Shown here: one piece after another, positions 1-10,964 of the stretch
Numbering within the stretch: the first letter of the stretch is position 1
Layout of the letters: each line of letters starts with the position of its first letter
From: Perkinsus chesapeaki ATCC PRA-425
Taxonomy: Eukaryota; Protista; Perkinsozoa
Assembly (NCBI GenBank): GCA_013115145.1
Contig: JAAPAO010000012.1
Coordinates: 79,563 to 143,562, forward strand
DNA: 64,000 bases
Reading direction: 5' to 3'
Notes under the pieces: generated by a model
What the model was told of the DNA's origin: nothing
Seen by the model: the letters and a program-made list of their open reading frames with translations, nothing else
Databases searched by the model: none
Translations under genes and position numbers: made by a program

Positions 1-3
1 CAG

Positions 4-2545
4 GTGTTGGAACCGTCGACGGGCTTTTACCAGTTGCCGATAGCCACCCTTGATTTTGCCTCGCTGTACCCGAGTATCATGCAAGCTCACAACCTCTGCT
101 ACTCGACATTAGTGCAGCCATCAGTGGCACAGAGGGAGGGCCTCACTGAAGGGGAGGGAGGAGATGTAAGCTTTTAAAGTTTCATTGAACGAGCGTGCTC
201 TGATAGGTCACCCGTACGCCGTGTGGGCATTTATTTGTGAAGCAGAGCGTCCGAAAGGGTCTCCTACCTATGGTGCTGGAGGAGCTCCTCCAAGCTAGAA
301 AGAGAGCAAAGAAAGAGATGGCACAGGCAACAGACCCTTTGAAGAAAATGGTAGGAATACTAGTAACCAGTAAAGACTTCTTGTGCGTCATTCTTCAAGA
401 CTGACACATAGTAACACCTTTCTCAACACATTCGTCATGCGTAGTGCATCACAACGACATGCTGCCGCTCGGCAGTGCCGAGTCGGCACAGCGAGGAATG
501 CCAACCGGCAATAGTTAATAACCAGTCCATCTCAGAAGAGCGTTTCTCTTTCAGAGTTTATAGGGATTCTCGCCTCGAATATCTCGCGCAGGTCCTCAAT
601 GGCCGTCAGCTCGCATTGAAGGTGTCTGCCAACTCGGTCTACGGTTTCACTGGTGCCACAGTCGGTATGATGCCCTGCCTTGAGATAAGTAGCAGCGTTA
701 CTGCTTTTGGCCGCCAAATGATTGAACACACCAAAACACTGGTGGAACAGAAGCAAGTCGATTTCTGTCTCCCCCTATCGGCGACACTTCTCCTAAGGTA
801 CCGTGTGGAGAACGGCTACGCCCATGATGCTACGGTCATCTATGGTGATACCGATTCTGTTTTTGTTAAGTTCGGTTGTGATACTGTGGAGGAGGCAATG
901 AAGCTTGGACAGGAAGCTGCGGCATACGTTTCGACCACATTCATTGATCCCATTAAACTGGAATTCGAGAAGGTGGCTCGAGATTGGCATACTGAAAATG
1001 AGACTGTAGTTCTCTTTTGCGGCAGGTATACTTCCCGTACTTATTGATGAATAAGAAACGCTACGCTGGACTGTACTGGACGAACCCTGTGAAGGCCGAT
1101 AAGCTGGATGCTAAAGGTGGGCCACGCCTTCCGTTTTTACTAGCGGTCAATATATGCTTGATTCCACCGGTCTACAATTTTGTACGGAAGCACGAGGAGT
1201 TAAAGTGCTATTTTCGGCAGGTATTGAGACAGTACGGAGAGATAACTGTGAGCTCGTCAAAGTGGTGGTAGAGAACACTCTGAATATCATTCTTAAGGAG
1301 AACTCCCTTGACAGAGCCATTGCGTAAGACTGCGCTATTTTCATAATATCGAAGGGTCACTATACTCCGCGGAGCGAGGGACAATTCAATAGTAATGCTG
1401 CAGCATCACAATTGGTCATTTTCGTCAGTGCTTACCTTAGAATACTATCATTTATTATAGGCCAACATTTACCTAATCCTAAAAGCTATCTATGTACCCA
1501 TTCTCCCTTTCACTGTGTTCTCTTTTCCAGGTTCATTCGTAACACTCTCTCTGAGTTGCTGCAGAATAAAGTGGACATGTCCATGTTGGTTATCTCCAAA
1601 TCCTTAGCGAAGGGGATGGATGATGTACCTCGAGCTGCCCCACTTGGCTGGATTCTCGTCTCTCTGTAGGGGGCATACGCTGCAAAGCAAGCCCACGTTG
1701 AACTAGCAAAGCGAATGGCTCAGCGTGATCCCGGTAATGCCCCGGCCATTGGTGATCGAATACAGTAAGCCGCAGGGTCCCTGATGCCATCTGGGAGGTG
1801 CCCGCCAGGTACGTCATCATCAAAGCGCCAAAGGGAGTGGCTCAGTATGAGAAAGCCGAGGATCCTCTCTATGTGCGTGGCAGAACGAAGAGCGGTAGAA
1901 CGTGTGCTTTCATCAGGCTGTTGAAAATAATATTCCCGTGGACGGTCAGCACTACATCGATCACCAATTGAAGCAACCTTTAATGAGAATCTTTGAGAAC
2001 ATCTTACCGAATGCAGAGTCCGTACTCTTTTCTGGAGAGCATATGCGAAAAGTACGCAAATCAGCCAGGGGATCTCTGCAGTACGTTTGCAGGTGTTCCA
2101 ATCGGCGCCATCGGCTACTGGTGGCCTGTCCATGTTTCTCAAGAAAACGCATAAATGTCTGTCGTGTAAGGCAGTATTGAAGGACGGCCATGGCGGCGCG
2201 CTCTGTCAGCATTGCAAGAATGTAAAGGAAGGACAGGTGAGTTTGTTCGAGTTTGTCTTCCTTTTCGTGAAACGCTCGGACGGCTCCAGGTGGTTGTCGA
2301 GAAGACGAACGAGTTGCGCGCGCTGGAGGTTCAATTCGCGCGGTTATGGAGCGAATGCCAGAGGTGTCAAGGAAGCGTCGAACAGGATGTCATCTGCACA
2401 TCCCGAGACTGTCCAGTATTCTATCGGCGAGCTAAAGTAACATAATGATGCCATCGGCATGAAGCATATGCTACTGCAGGTGCGGAAAGACGCCGCCAGG
2501 GCCGCAGATGCTGTGAGCCGGCTAAGAGAGGCTGTTGACTGGTAG
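4..2545 (+). CDS. POLD1: DNA polymerase delta catalytic subunit (5'-truncated by window edge, multi-exon)
   Basis: Spliced translation gives B-family motifs [20 protein letters not shown] (region II), [16 protein letters not shown] (region III) and YGDTDS (region I). The C-terminal CysA (CLSC...CQHC) and CysB (CQRC...CTSRDC) motifs are those of pol delta. Stop TAG at 2543-2545. Confidence 0.97.
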
Positions 2546-3498
2546 AGGACGAGGCTTGGCGAATTTCCACCTAATTTCGTGCACTGCAAATGGAATAGTT
2601 TTGTTATCAATTCAATTCAGCCATAAGAGAGTTAGAGTTCAAGTAGCGACGGACTAAAATGTCATCCAAAAGGGAAGCTCAGGAGTGTCGAAAAGCTCAC
2701 ACCAGGCTACGCACCGGAGCCTTTCAGTCGCTGTAGTTCTTGGCGAGTGCATCACTACCGAGCCAGTCCCAGTGAGTTACACGCTGCAGCGGACCTTTAT
2801 AACTCGTAAACCGAGCCATGACGTCCTGATTCGGCAGTCAAGATTGTTGACTCAAGAATTACACAGGCTCCCAGTAACATCGCATCTAACTATGGCTCTA
2901 TGTTCATTTTATCACATGAGGTTGCACAACTTGTTCTGGCCTTGGCTAGACTACTCGTATACCGTTAGCTCCTAGAGATTCCCGAAGACGGAGCTTCATC
3001 GCCTATCCTTCCTCGAGATTCGATGCGAGCAGAGAAAGAGCAACATCATACAAAGTGCTCGCTAGCGAAGCTGAGGCACAACCTTCAGGCTGAACACTTC
3101 TGGGTGAACTATGCAGTAACACAGGAGGATGAGCAAACAAGCGCACTATGTGCCGCAATAGCCAGGTAAATATCAATCTTCCCGGTTGCACGGCCAGCAG
3201 AGGTGTCATAGAGCAAGCGCCGCGTTGCTCGGATGTCTTTCGCTCGGGCCACTGCCCGGCGCTCGACCTCTGGCGATTTATCCCTATTAACGCAAAACTA
3301 CATATACCTATGATCGAAAAGCTTATGCGGAAAAGGCTATCCACTTGGCAACTTCATGACAACGAAGGCCGTTATGCAGCGAGCGAGATCATAAGGCTCA
3401 ACAAAAGCCAAGATTGAGGTATTCTCAGCTGTTCGCGACGCTCTACACGAACGTCGCTACAGAACGAACGTGCTGGTGAACCTCGCAATCTTGTTGTA

Positions 3499-3702
3499 TT
3501 AGCAAGGGTTTGTGAACAGATCTCTTCCTTCGCAGCAAACGATATGACCAAGCACATCATGGTCACAGTGATTGCGACTTTGACCATGGTATCTAATACA
3601 CGTGCCATAATTCCGCCCGAAGGAGACACAATCCTTGGTGCAGCAATCATCGGCGCCCCATAGTGCGACGAAAGCGATGTTGCAGAGAATACGAAATATC
3701 AT
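3499..3702 (-). CDS. Small secreted cysteine-rich peptide (67 aa)
   Basis: ATG-started single-exon ORF with a hydrophobic N-terminus (MIFRILCNIAFVALWGA). The following ~50 aa carry 8 Cys in the pattern CC-x3-C-x9-C-x10-C-x9-CC-x9-C, ending at the last residue. No family recognised. Confidence 0.6.
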   Translation of the reverse strand: MIFRILCNIAFVALWGADDCCTKDCVSFGRNYGTCIRYHGQSRNHCDHDVLGHIVCCEGRDLFTNPC

Positions 3703-4688
3703 GTTGGGATGTAGACAGCGAAAGGAGAGCTGAAAGGGCGAGACAACGCCTAAAGCAATATGGATATCTCTCAGTGGGACTCGGCTACGGATTTTCTATC
3801 CCTTGGGTGATGTCTTGTTCCGATATTCGAAAACAACACATGGGGTGAACGAGCCAAAAACGTTGTACTAGGCGTAAATTATTTCCGTTGCTAACATCGA
3901 CTTTAGATGAGTAGTTCTTGTATGGGATGCGAACTAAATTCTTTGGGCTGCGATCACTTCGGCCCGCGTACCTTTTACCTATGCGTGCGTACGCAAACTG
4001 CGGCCAAAGTGAGATTCAAACGACCGACGCTGTTCTTTATATTAGTGAAGTCTAGCTTCTGCTTAAGCTAGACTTCCTATACCCCGTAGACTGCCGGAAA
4101 CAGAAGATCTGCTGAGTACTATGAGTAGTGTGGGCCCCCGCATACTATGCATGCGACGCATAGCGAGTGCCTATGCGCGTCATGTCACCCAACTTCCGAG
4201 TCGAAAATTTCGACGCCTCACCTTGCCCGACATTCGAAACCGACCACAGTGATCAACAGCTCCAGGTCAACGAGGAACTTGTTGGTGGTCTCAGAGTAGC
4301 ATCGAGTGTTGTCAGACGGACAGTGCGAGTTGCTCCCAGCATGTAGCAAGGAACCCTTTGTTGCATGAAGCGTGAAGCCCACAGCACGCCATTGGCACAC
4401 TGCCAATGGGCCAAATATATGTCGATTCGATGCTTTGGAAGCGTTTACCCACCCAATTATATGCTACGAAGCAGAATGTCCTATTATAAGATCTTGCTAC
4501 TTGTACTCGTAGTTTCTTGCTTTTAATGCTCTCGCTGGATAGTTTAGTTAACTCTTCCGCTGTCTCAGATCAATGTTTTCAACTCAATTTTACTAGTAAT
4601 AAATTACCATTCAAGTGGACATACAATACGACATCAATAACTCATACTCTACGCTAATCGTTAAAGTTGCTTTTTTGGTTTGAAAAAC

Positions 4689-7127
4689 ATGCCAGACCTT
4701 AGCAAAGATGACAACACAGCTATCCAGGACGTCTTGGGATCGGAAACCATCAGCTACTATGACTTGCTTGATCGTAGCTCTGGGTCACATCCAGAGAAGA
4801 GCGAGTGCAAGACAATCATTGGATTACTGCGCTCCAAGGCTCCGGAAAAGGTCGTCAGGTAGGAATATGCCGCTGACGCTATGGTCACTAACTTTGTCAT
4901 ATTCGTTAGGTTCCGAGGATTCCAGTGTTATCGATAAAGATGGAGCTAAATGCACCGTTGCAGGAACTCCTAAGCCCTACGAGCGTGCCACGCTCAGCGT
5001 GGTCCATTTTTGGTATTTGCAAAATTGAAAGCACACCAGCACTGAATATTTAGGAGACCGGTACGACTGACGATATCGCAAGCGCGGACGTTCACAAACA
5101 GCAGCCGTGACACCGAGCACCGTTGCGCCTCCGTATTAAACAAGAAACCTGAGAAGAATCTACACCATATGTTAATCGCCGTCTCTGCTGCGGTAGGCGG
5201 GCGGCTGGTCCAAAAGTTTTGGACCAAAACCAAGTTCGACGCCAAGCGCCGACTCTTAGCAGTGGCTGAGTCGAGGGGGGCTCGCTTAGTTCCTTTTGAG
5301 CTGAATATCTTAGCGGCCCTACTTTCTACGAAGTGGCCACCAGGGGGACTAATTCGATACTCAAGCACAACATTCTCACTGGGCCTTATGGCCCGCGCCT
5401 GAGATCGGAGGATCTCTCGGACGCAAGGAAGATAGCTTCTAGACTTTCAAAAAACCATGAGCGTTGGTTCTTGGCGAACGGAAAAACTTGTTCAGCGATC
5501 GACGCCGACAGAGAGGTAAGGTGCGGTGCTTGACGTAACATAGCTTGACTTGCCTTAGGCTGAATGTGGAGAAACATCTCCAGCGATTGACGCAGACAGA
5601 GAGGTAAAAAAAGAAACGTTCACTTCCCGACTCAACATAGCTCGATCTGCTCTAGGCTGAATGTGGGGAAACATCTACAGCGATTGCGAATGGAGTTGTA
5701 CGACCCCACCGTGAAGGTGAACCGGAAGCTCCTACATCCTACCCTAGCGTAAGCTCTCTCTCAAAAGTAGTCCATCTTCCCGTGATTCAAAACATCTTTA
5801 CAATGAAGAATGCCGAACAGCGCTCCGTCGAGAACGACCGTATCTCGCTGAACCTTCCGAAACTCCCTGCTCAACTGGCATTCCGAGTAACTCCGGCAAG
5901 CCCGCATCGAGTAGTCCTAGTACTGCATGCTGGCGGATCTGTAACTAACCACTTCGGTTCGTCACGGGGAACATGGTGGCCCAACTCGAGTCGGTGCATG
6001 TCGGTAAAAGCGACAATAGGGCCTGGTGAAAGTGCTCAAATTCATGGGAAGATCTCTGTGGCGCTGTTATTCTCGATCTACAGTAGCAAGACTGACGGCT
6101 GCGAGGGCTACTCAACCTCTTGCCGATGAAGAACACCAGGGACCATTCACCGATGAGAAGGTTCTGCCGTTTCACATCGCCTCACTGTCTCTAAATACTC
6201 GATCCAGACAGGTTGTAATGAGTCTAACACCAGAAACGTTGGAGGCCGATATGCTTCAAGGTAGCAACCAGAACAAGAGGTTCATGGCTGAGCAATCTTA
6301 TCTTAGATGGTTGCTCTGCTATGATGTTCTTACTGGTGAGCCGGTAATAATGTTATGCAATTAGCATTGGCAAGTAAAACTGTGATCTTTTCAGGTGGCG
6401 GTTATCACCTACACTTAGCAGGCGAGTCACCAACTTCTAAAGCTTACTGGTTATCTCTAGGCTGGCGCAACAGCCGCTGTGGACGAACCAGCAACAGTTG
6501 GCCGTTTAGGCAGCGGCTCAAAGTTGCTGTCTTCTCCCGACAGATTGGTCCCAATTGGGACCGACGATGTCTAACAACGGTAACAGAGGTACCGTACTAC
6601 GCAGAATTGAACGCTCTACTCATTATCGAGCAAATTCCGCGTACCCACTGTTGTTTTAGTGACGGCAACTGTCGCGGTGGACTGCCGCTTTGGCCCCTTG
6701 TGCGATGTACAAGGTTTGACCAACAAGCGCTTTGGCTGCGTCCCAACCGATGCGACCAAAAGTAGATGGCCGCTTCAGTTTGTCTTCAAGACACCAACTC
6801 TGAACCATTCCATAACTTTGCATCGGTTGACGGCTTTCATCGTTGAGTGGCATGTATGTATTATATACAGTTGGCCTTATATACTATATAAGGCCGCGTG
6901 TCAGAGCCATTGCAGACTACATCAATGGCAATGAAGGATGCTTGGCTACTGTTTGGGTCAAGCCCGGGAGGGCTGTCGCGATAGCGGACGAGCCGGGTGC
7001 CATCACAGAGTCAGAACTACATGTTTACTCTTCGCGGCCTTTCCATTCCAATCCTGATTTCCTTAATAAAGTCGTGGCTATGGGGTGGGAAATTTGCTTT
7101 CTTTGCGTAGCATATTCTTGTGTGTAG
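4689..7127 (+). pseudogene. Hypothetical multi-exon gene, possibly degenerate
   Basis: Several protein-like ORF segments (4680-4862, 5169-5402, 6026-6364, 6659-6934, 6843-7127) are separated by gtag/gtaa...ag intron-like stretches. I could not build one stop-free spliced frame, and no domain was recognised. Confidence 0.35.
5507..5686 (+). repeat. Tandem duplication of a short exon plus splice sites
   Basis: taggctgaatgtggagaaacatctccagcgattg (5556-5589) recurs as taggctgaatgtggggaaacatctacagcgattg (5653-5686). The donor context gacagagag|gtaa occurs at ~5507 and ~5596. Confidence 0.8.
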
Positions 7128-7163
7128 ATTGAAACGTGAAGTTAGAGACCCTAGCCTACTCAA

Positions 7164-8535
7164 TATCAGACTCTGATAATCAGAGCCATCCAAGGACCTC
7201 AGAGGCATAATATCAACCAACCGAGTACGTGAAACGGCCGCTCATCGAATGTATTATTATTTTTTAGATGCCACAGCACAGCAAGCTGTTAACCAAGGGA
7301 ATCAGGCCGCTTTTCCAGCACAACCAGTAGTATATCGTTATCGTTGAATACGTTCATACGTTCAATAGCTTGACTTGAAACTGCGCTCGTATTACTCTCG
7401 TCGCTATTGCCTCTTTTTAGGTCAATATCGCACCATTTGAGATCGAGACGAGACCGACAATCTCGAACTCCCGAGTCTCGATGCCGCTCTCTGTAGAAGC
7501 CACTTCAGCAAGCAACGTTAAATTTTCACTAAGAATAGCTGAGCTGGTTGAGTTTCGGGGCTCGAGAGTCTTGAGTCATGACCTGTACTACAGGTCCTGT
7601 AGGTCATGAGCTCGAACCCGGCAGTGAGATCACTCATTGAGAGGATTTTGTATGCATCCCTGGCACCGTGCCAGTGGCACGCAAACTATATCCGTTTGTG
7701 TCACACAAATTGTGTGCCAGGGATAACTGGGATAACTCTTCTCGTCGGTCTAACTGACGAAAAGCGTTTCGCAGAGCACGCGGAACTTCACTACGGAGGC
7801 GTGTACCGGCCAGCTCATAAGATACAGTAGTTATGGTGCAAAATTTGCACTGCACATTCCCCGGTATTCGTGTCCATGGACTCACTGTCCGTGGCATGGT
7901 GAGGAAATTATAATTTCATGGATGTAGTACAAATTTCACTCTAAATTTTAGTAAATTACAGTTTTAAACTGTAATTTGAAATACTGTTTGTTATTCTCAA
8001 TGTCCAAGTAGCTACTTTTGTTAGTTTTGTGTCCGAATTATTTTACTAGTTGGTGTCCTTATGCCGCATAAGCACACGCATAAGATATACGCTATTGGAC
8101 CGCGGCGGTCCTATAGCTCCCTTGAGGGTCAAGCTCTGCTTTAACTTATTTCTAACTTGAGTTACAACCGTGCGTCTCGGAGTCGCCCGAAGTCGGAATG
8201 GGGGGTGAAGCGGAGTCGCTCACTACTAGTCCCATAACCGGTTATCAAACCTTACAGCTTTCGATCGACACCAACAAATCTTAAATATCCATAATCATGT
8301 AAACTATGACGACTCGTCATTGACGAGCACAGTATTTACCATTGACCGACACAAGAGAAGTCGAGGTCAGCCAAGTTTGGTATTGACAGCATTGATGAGT
8401 GTTATCGAAACATCGGTCTTGGAGCCTCCTAAGCTACAGGCTAATGAAACTATAGCTCGGGATTCTCGAGCCGGGAGATTAAGTGATACTAGGTTACCTA
8501 GTCTTAACTTCTACCTAGTCTAGGTAGAAGTTAAG
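7164..8535. repeat. Dense cluster of short perfect palindromes, mostly with a 1-nt centre
   Basis: Examples read directly: 7164-7178, 7171-7185, 7580-7596, 7660-7674, 7695-7709, 7702-7716, 7836-7850, 7953-7977 (12-bp arms), 8058-8072, 8097-8111, 8488-8502 and 8503-8535 (16-bp arms cttaacttctacctag-t-ctaggtagaagttaag). Confidence 0.9.
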
Positions 8536-8660
8536 TTTTCAACCCTGAGTCAAACGAGAACACGGTACCTAAGAATAGGTCTGTTCTTCAGCTGAGAATA
8601 AGAATTGAAGTGGGAATAATATTGTATTATAAGCTAGGGCTGAGGACCATCAAACTATCA

Positions 8661-10377
8661 TCATGCACGGCACTGAGCTCCGGGGTGAGCTCTTGAGAGG
8701 TTCGGCCTTGTGGGTGGCATTACGAACATGTTACACGGGCCTAGAGGAGATGGTCACCAGATAGTACCATAAGAGCGAGTAGGTTTACCATCAGGCCTTT
8801 CATCTTGTTTCTTGACAATCCTCATATATCCTCCTTCACCCCACTCTTCTCCCCTCGAGTTCTTGAGAATCCAATAGCTACCATTAATAACCAATCACGT
8901 GAATTTTATCGCATCTCGCACTCACTCTTTTCCCACATTTGTGTCCGTTCCAAACCCGACTAATAACATAGCATGGTCTGGCTTGCCATTGCACTCCTGG
9001 CCTGCAAACGGATGTGATAGACATCCGTGACACGGGTAACACCGTGTTACCAACACGGATTCCGTGTAACCCCGCGTGGTAGCACGGGAGTACTCCGGGG
9101 TTGCCAATACGGCTTGTTTATCAGAATATATCTCCTTACTATCAAACACTCCTCCTTTGTACTGTTGGAATTCGTGGGAGTTCGCAGAGATGCCCACAGC
9201 CACTGGGCCTAGGCGAAGGTGTGTAGCTACGAGTTGGGAATCTCGAGGTGGGATTATCCGAATATCGAAGCTTCTCAGGTCTCCAACCTACGAAAAGCTC
9301 TGTACGACCAAACAGCATACCTCTTGCCTGTAAACATTGATCTCCCTTGTTCGAGACGATGGCGTTGTTGCATGTCCCATTTTGTTCGGTGTAGAGGTAG
9401 CTGCTTGCTGAGACGATCCCTTTGTCACTCACATATCTCATTGCGTACACGGGCTTGCCATCAATACAGCCGCTGAGATGCAAATATAACTATATATGTA
9501 TAAGTTGTACAGAGACTCAATCATTGAGACTCTCAATCAGAAGCGAAATGGTCTCATATCATCTTGTCACATGGTGGGGCTCACCGGTTTCCAAAATCGC
9601 CTGAGCAGTCTACAATTTGCTGCACTGAAAATTCGACAAGGCTTTTGGTTTTGATCTGGAAAGCTGATTCAAGCGCACCTGACAACTGTTGTCAGACAAC
9701 ATAAGTTCATCCATTCGAGTACCGCCCTCCTCAACATACCTACTGCCGCGAACGCATAGCAGCTACCGCAGTCGCCTTGATCCTTGGGTGGAGTTACGGC
9801 GCCATTATTTACCCAATTGATTGCTTCGCCTGCAAATGTGTGACCCCCGGCCCGGCTACTTATTGTCGGAGATTTCTGCGAGAGGCGGGTTGCCGAAGGC
9901 TCATTGCCTGAAACAATTATGCGTGGATACAAAGTATTTATTTCCAGCCGTACCTGGATCACCTAAACAGCTACGTATTTTGGCCATCTCTTGTGACTCA
10001 AGGAATGTCACCCTATTTGCTTCCATCTTGAATGAAGCTAAAACCGACCAGCTTTCCAATTATTGGAATCCAATACGCCGTTTATTCTATGATCGCATAC
10101 AATTGCCAGCATTGTGCTTTTCAATGAGCTTGTAGTTCTCGGTGAAGATTTTGAATCGATAATCGTTCTCCTTATAACCGTATCTTAGACCATACCTGAT
10201 ATTAATGCGGCACAAGTATTTATTAGAAAAGCGTGGCATCGTGATGAGGTAGCTTCACCAACGCGCCTACTTTTTCTTAAGGCGACCATAAACATCTCCT
10301 ATTTCCTTCAGAGAGGCTCCAGTTGACAGGGTAATCAGCAACACCAAATGGAAGAAGATAGCTTGACAGCGTAGCAT
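8661..10377 (-). CDS. Papain-family (C1A) cysteine protease, cathepsin L-like preproenzyme, multi-exon
   Basis: Signal peptide MLRCQAIFFHLVLLITLSTG and an ERFNIN-like prodomain (ENDYRFKIFTENYKLIEKHN). Catalytic motifs are KDQGDCGSCYAF (Gln/Cys), DHAMLLVGFG (His) and YWILKNSRGEEWGEGGY (Asn). Stop at 8661. Confidence 0.92.
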
Positions 10378-10831
10378 GATTCACTAGAGAACAATGCCAG
10401 CACTTATACATTCTATATCACTTAAATGCCAAAACAGGATGGCCGGCTCGGCCCCCACGAGAGCTCTAAGGTGTACCGCTAAGAGTTCAGGAAAGATGGT
10501 CTTCAACTCGCAGCATCTGGCGCGACATGACATCCATCAATGATAGACCATCATGTCACGAAATATATTATTTGTCATGTCACGTGTAACTCAAACGGTG
10601 TGAACCACAACGCATTACCGCTTTTTCCTCGTAGCACCAGTACCGGGCGAGTAGGTTCTTATTCTAAACTCGAGCAATGCTCGGCCTTAGAGCCGGATAC
10701 TTAGATAACTTGCCAGCCTAAGGCGGGTGTAATGGCCCAAAGCAGAGCTTGTAAGATATGATTTAGAGTTGCTGTTCAGAGTTGCTGCAGTCCGCGGTGC
10801 TTGTAGCGGCTACAACGTGAGCTACAATGTA

Positions 10832-10964
10832 GCTCAGTATGAGAAAGTCAAGGATTCTCTCTATGTGCGTAGAAGAGTAAAGGTCGGTAGAACGCGTGCT
10901 TCCATCAGGCCGTTGAAAATAATATTCCCGTGGACGGCCAGCACTACATCGATCACCAATTGAA
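10832..10964 (+). pseudogene. Dispersed ~133-bp copy of an internal piece of the pol delta gene, intron included
   Basis: Near-identical to 1840-1972 (gctcagtatgagaaag...gatcaccaattgaa), including the short intron gtgcgt...catcag. No other pol delta sequence flanks it. Confidence 0.9.

Noticed and set aside
3148-3417. ORF with MIEKLMRKRLSTWQ, faintly like the post-RT region of L1/Tx1 retrotransposons
   Set aside because: The match is short and there are no RT core motifs nearby, which is not enough to call an element.
7164-8535. Palindrome cluster considered as a CRISPR array or MITE
   Set aside because: There is no recurring repeat unit or regular spacing, and no shared terminal inverted repeats or target-site duplication were found.
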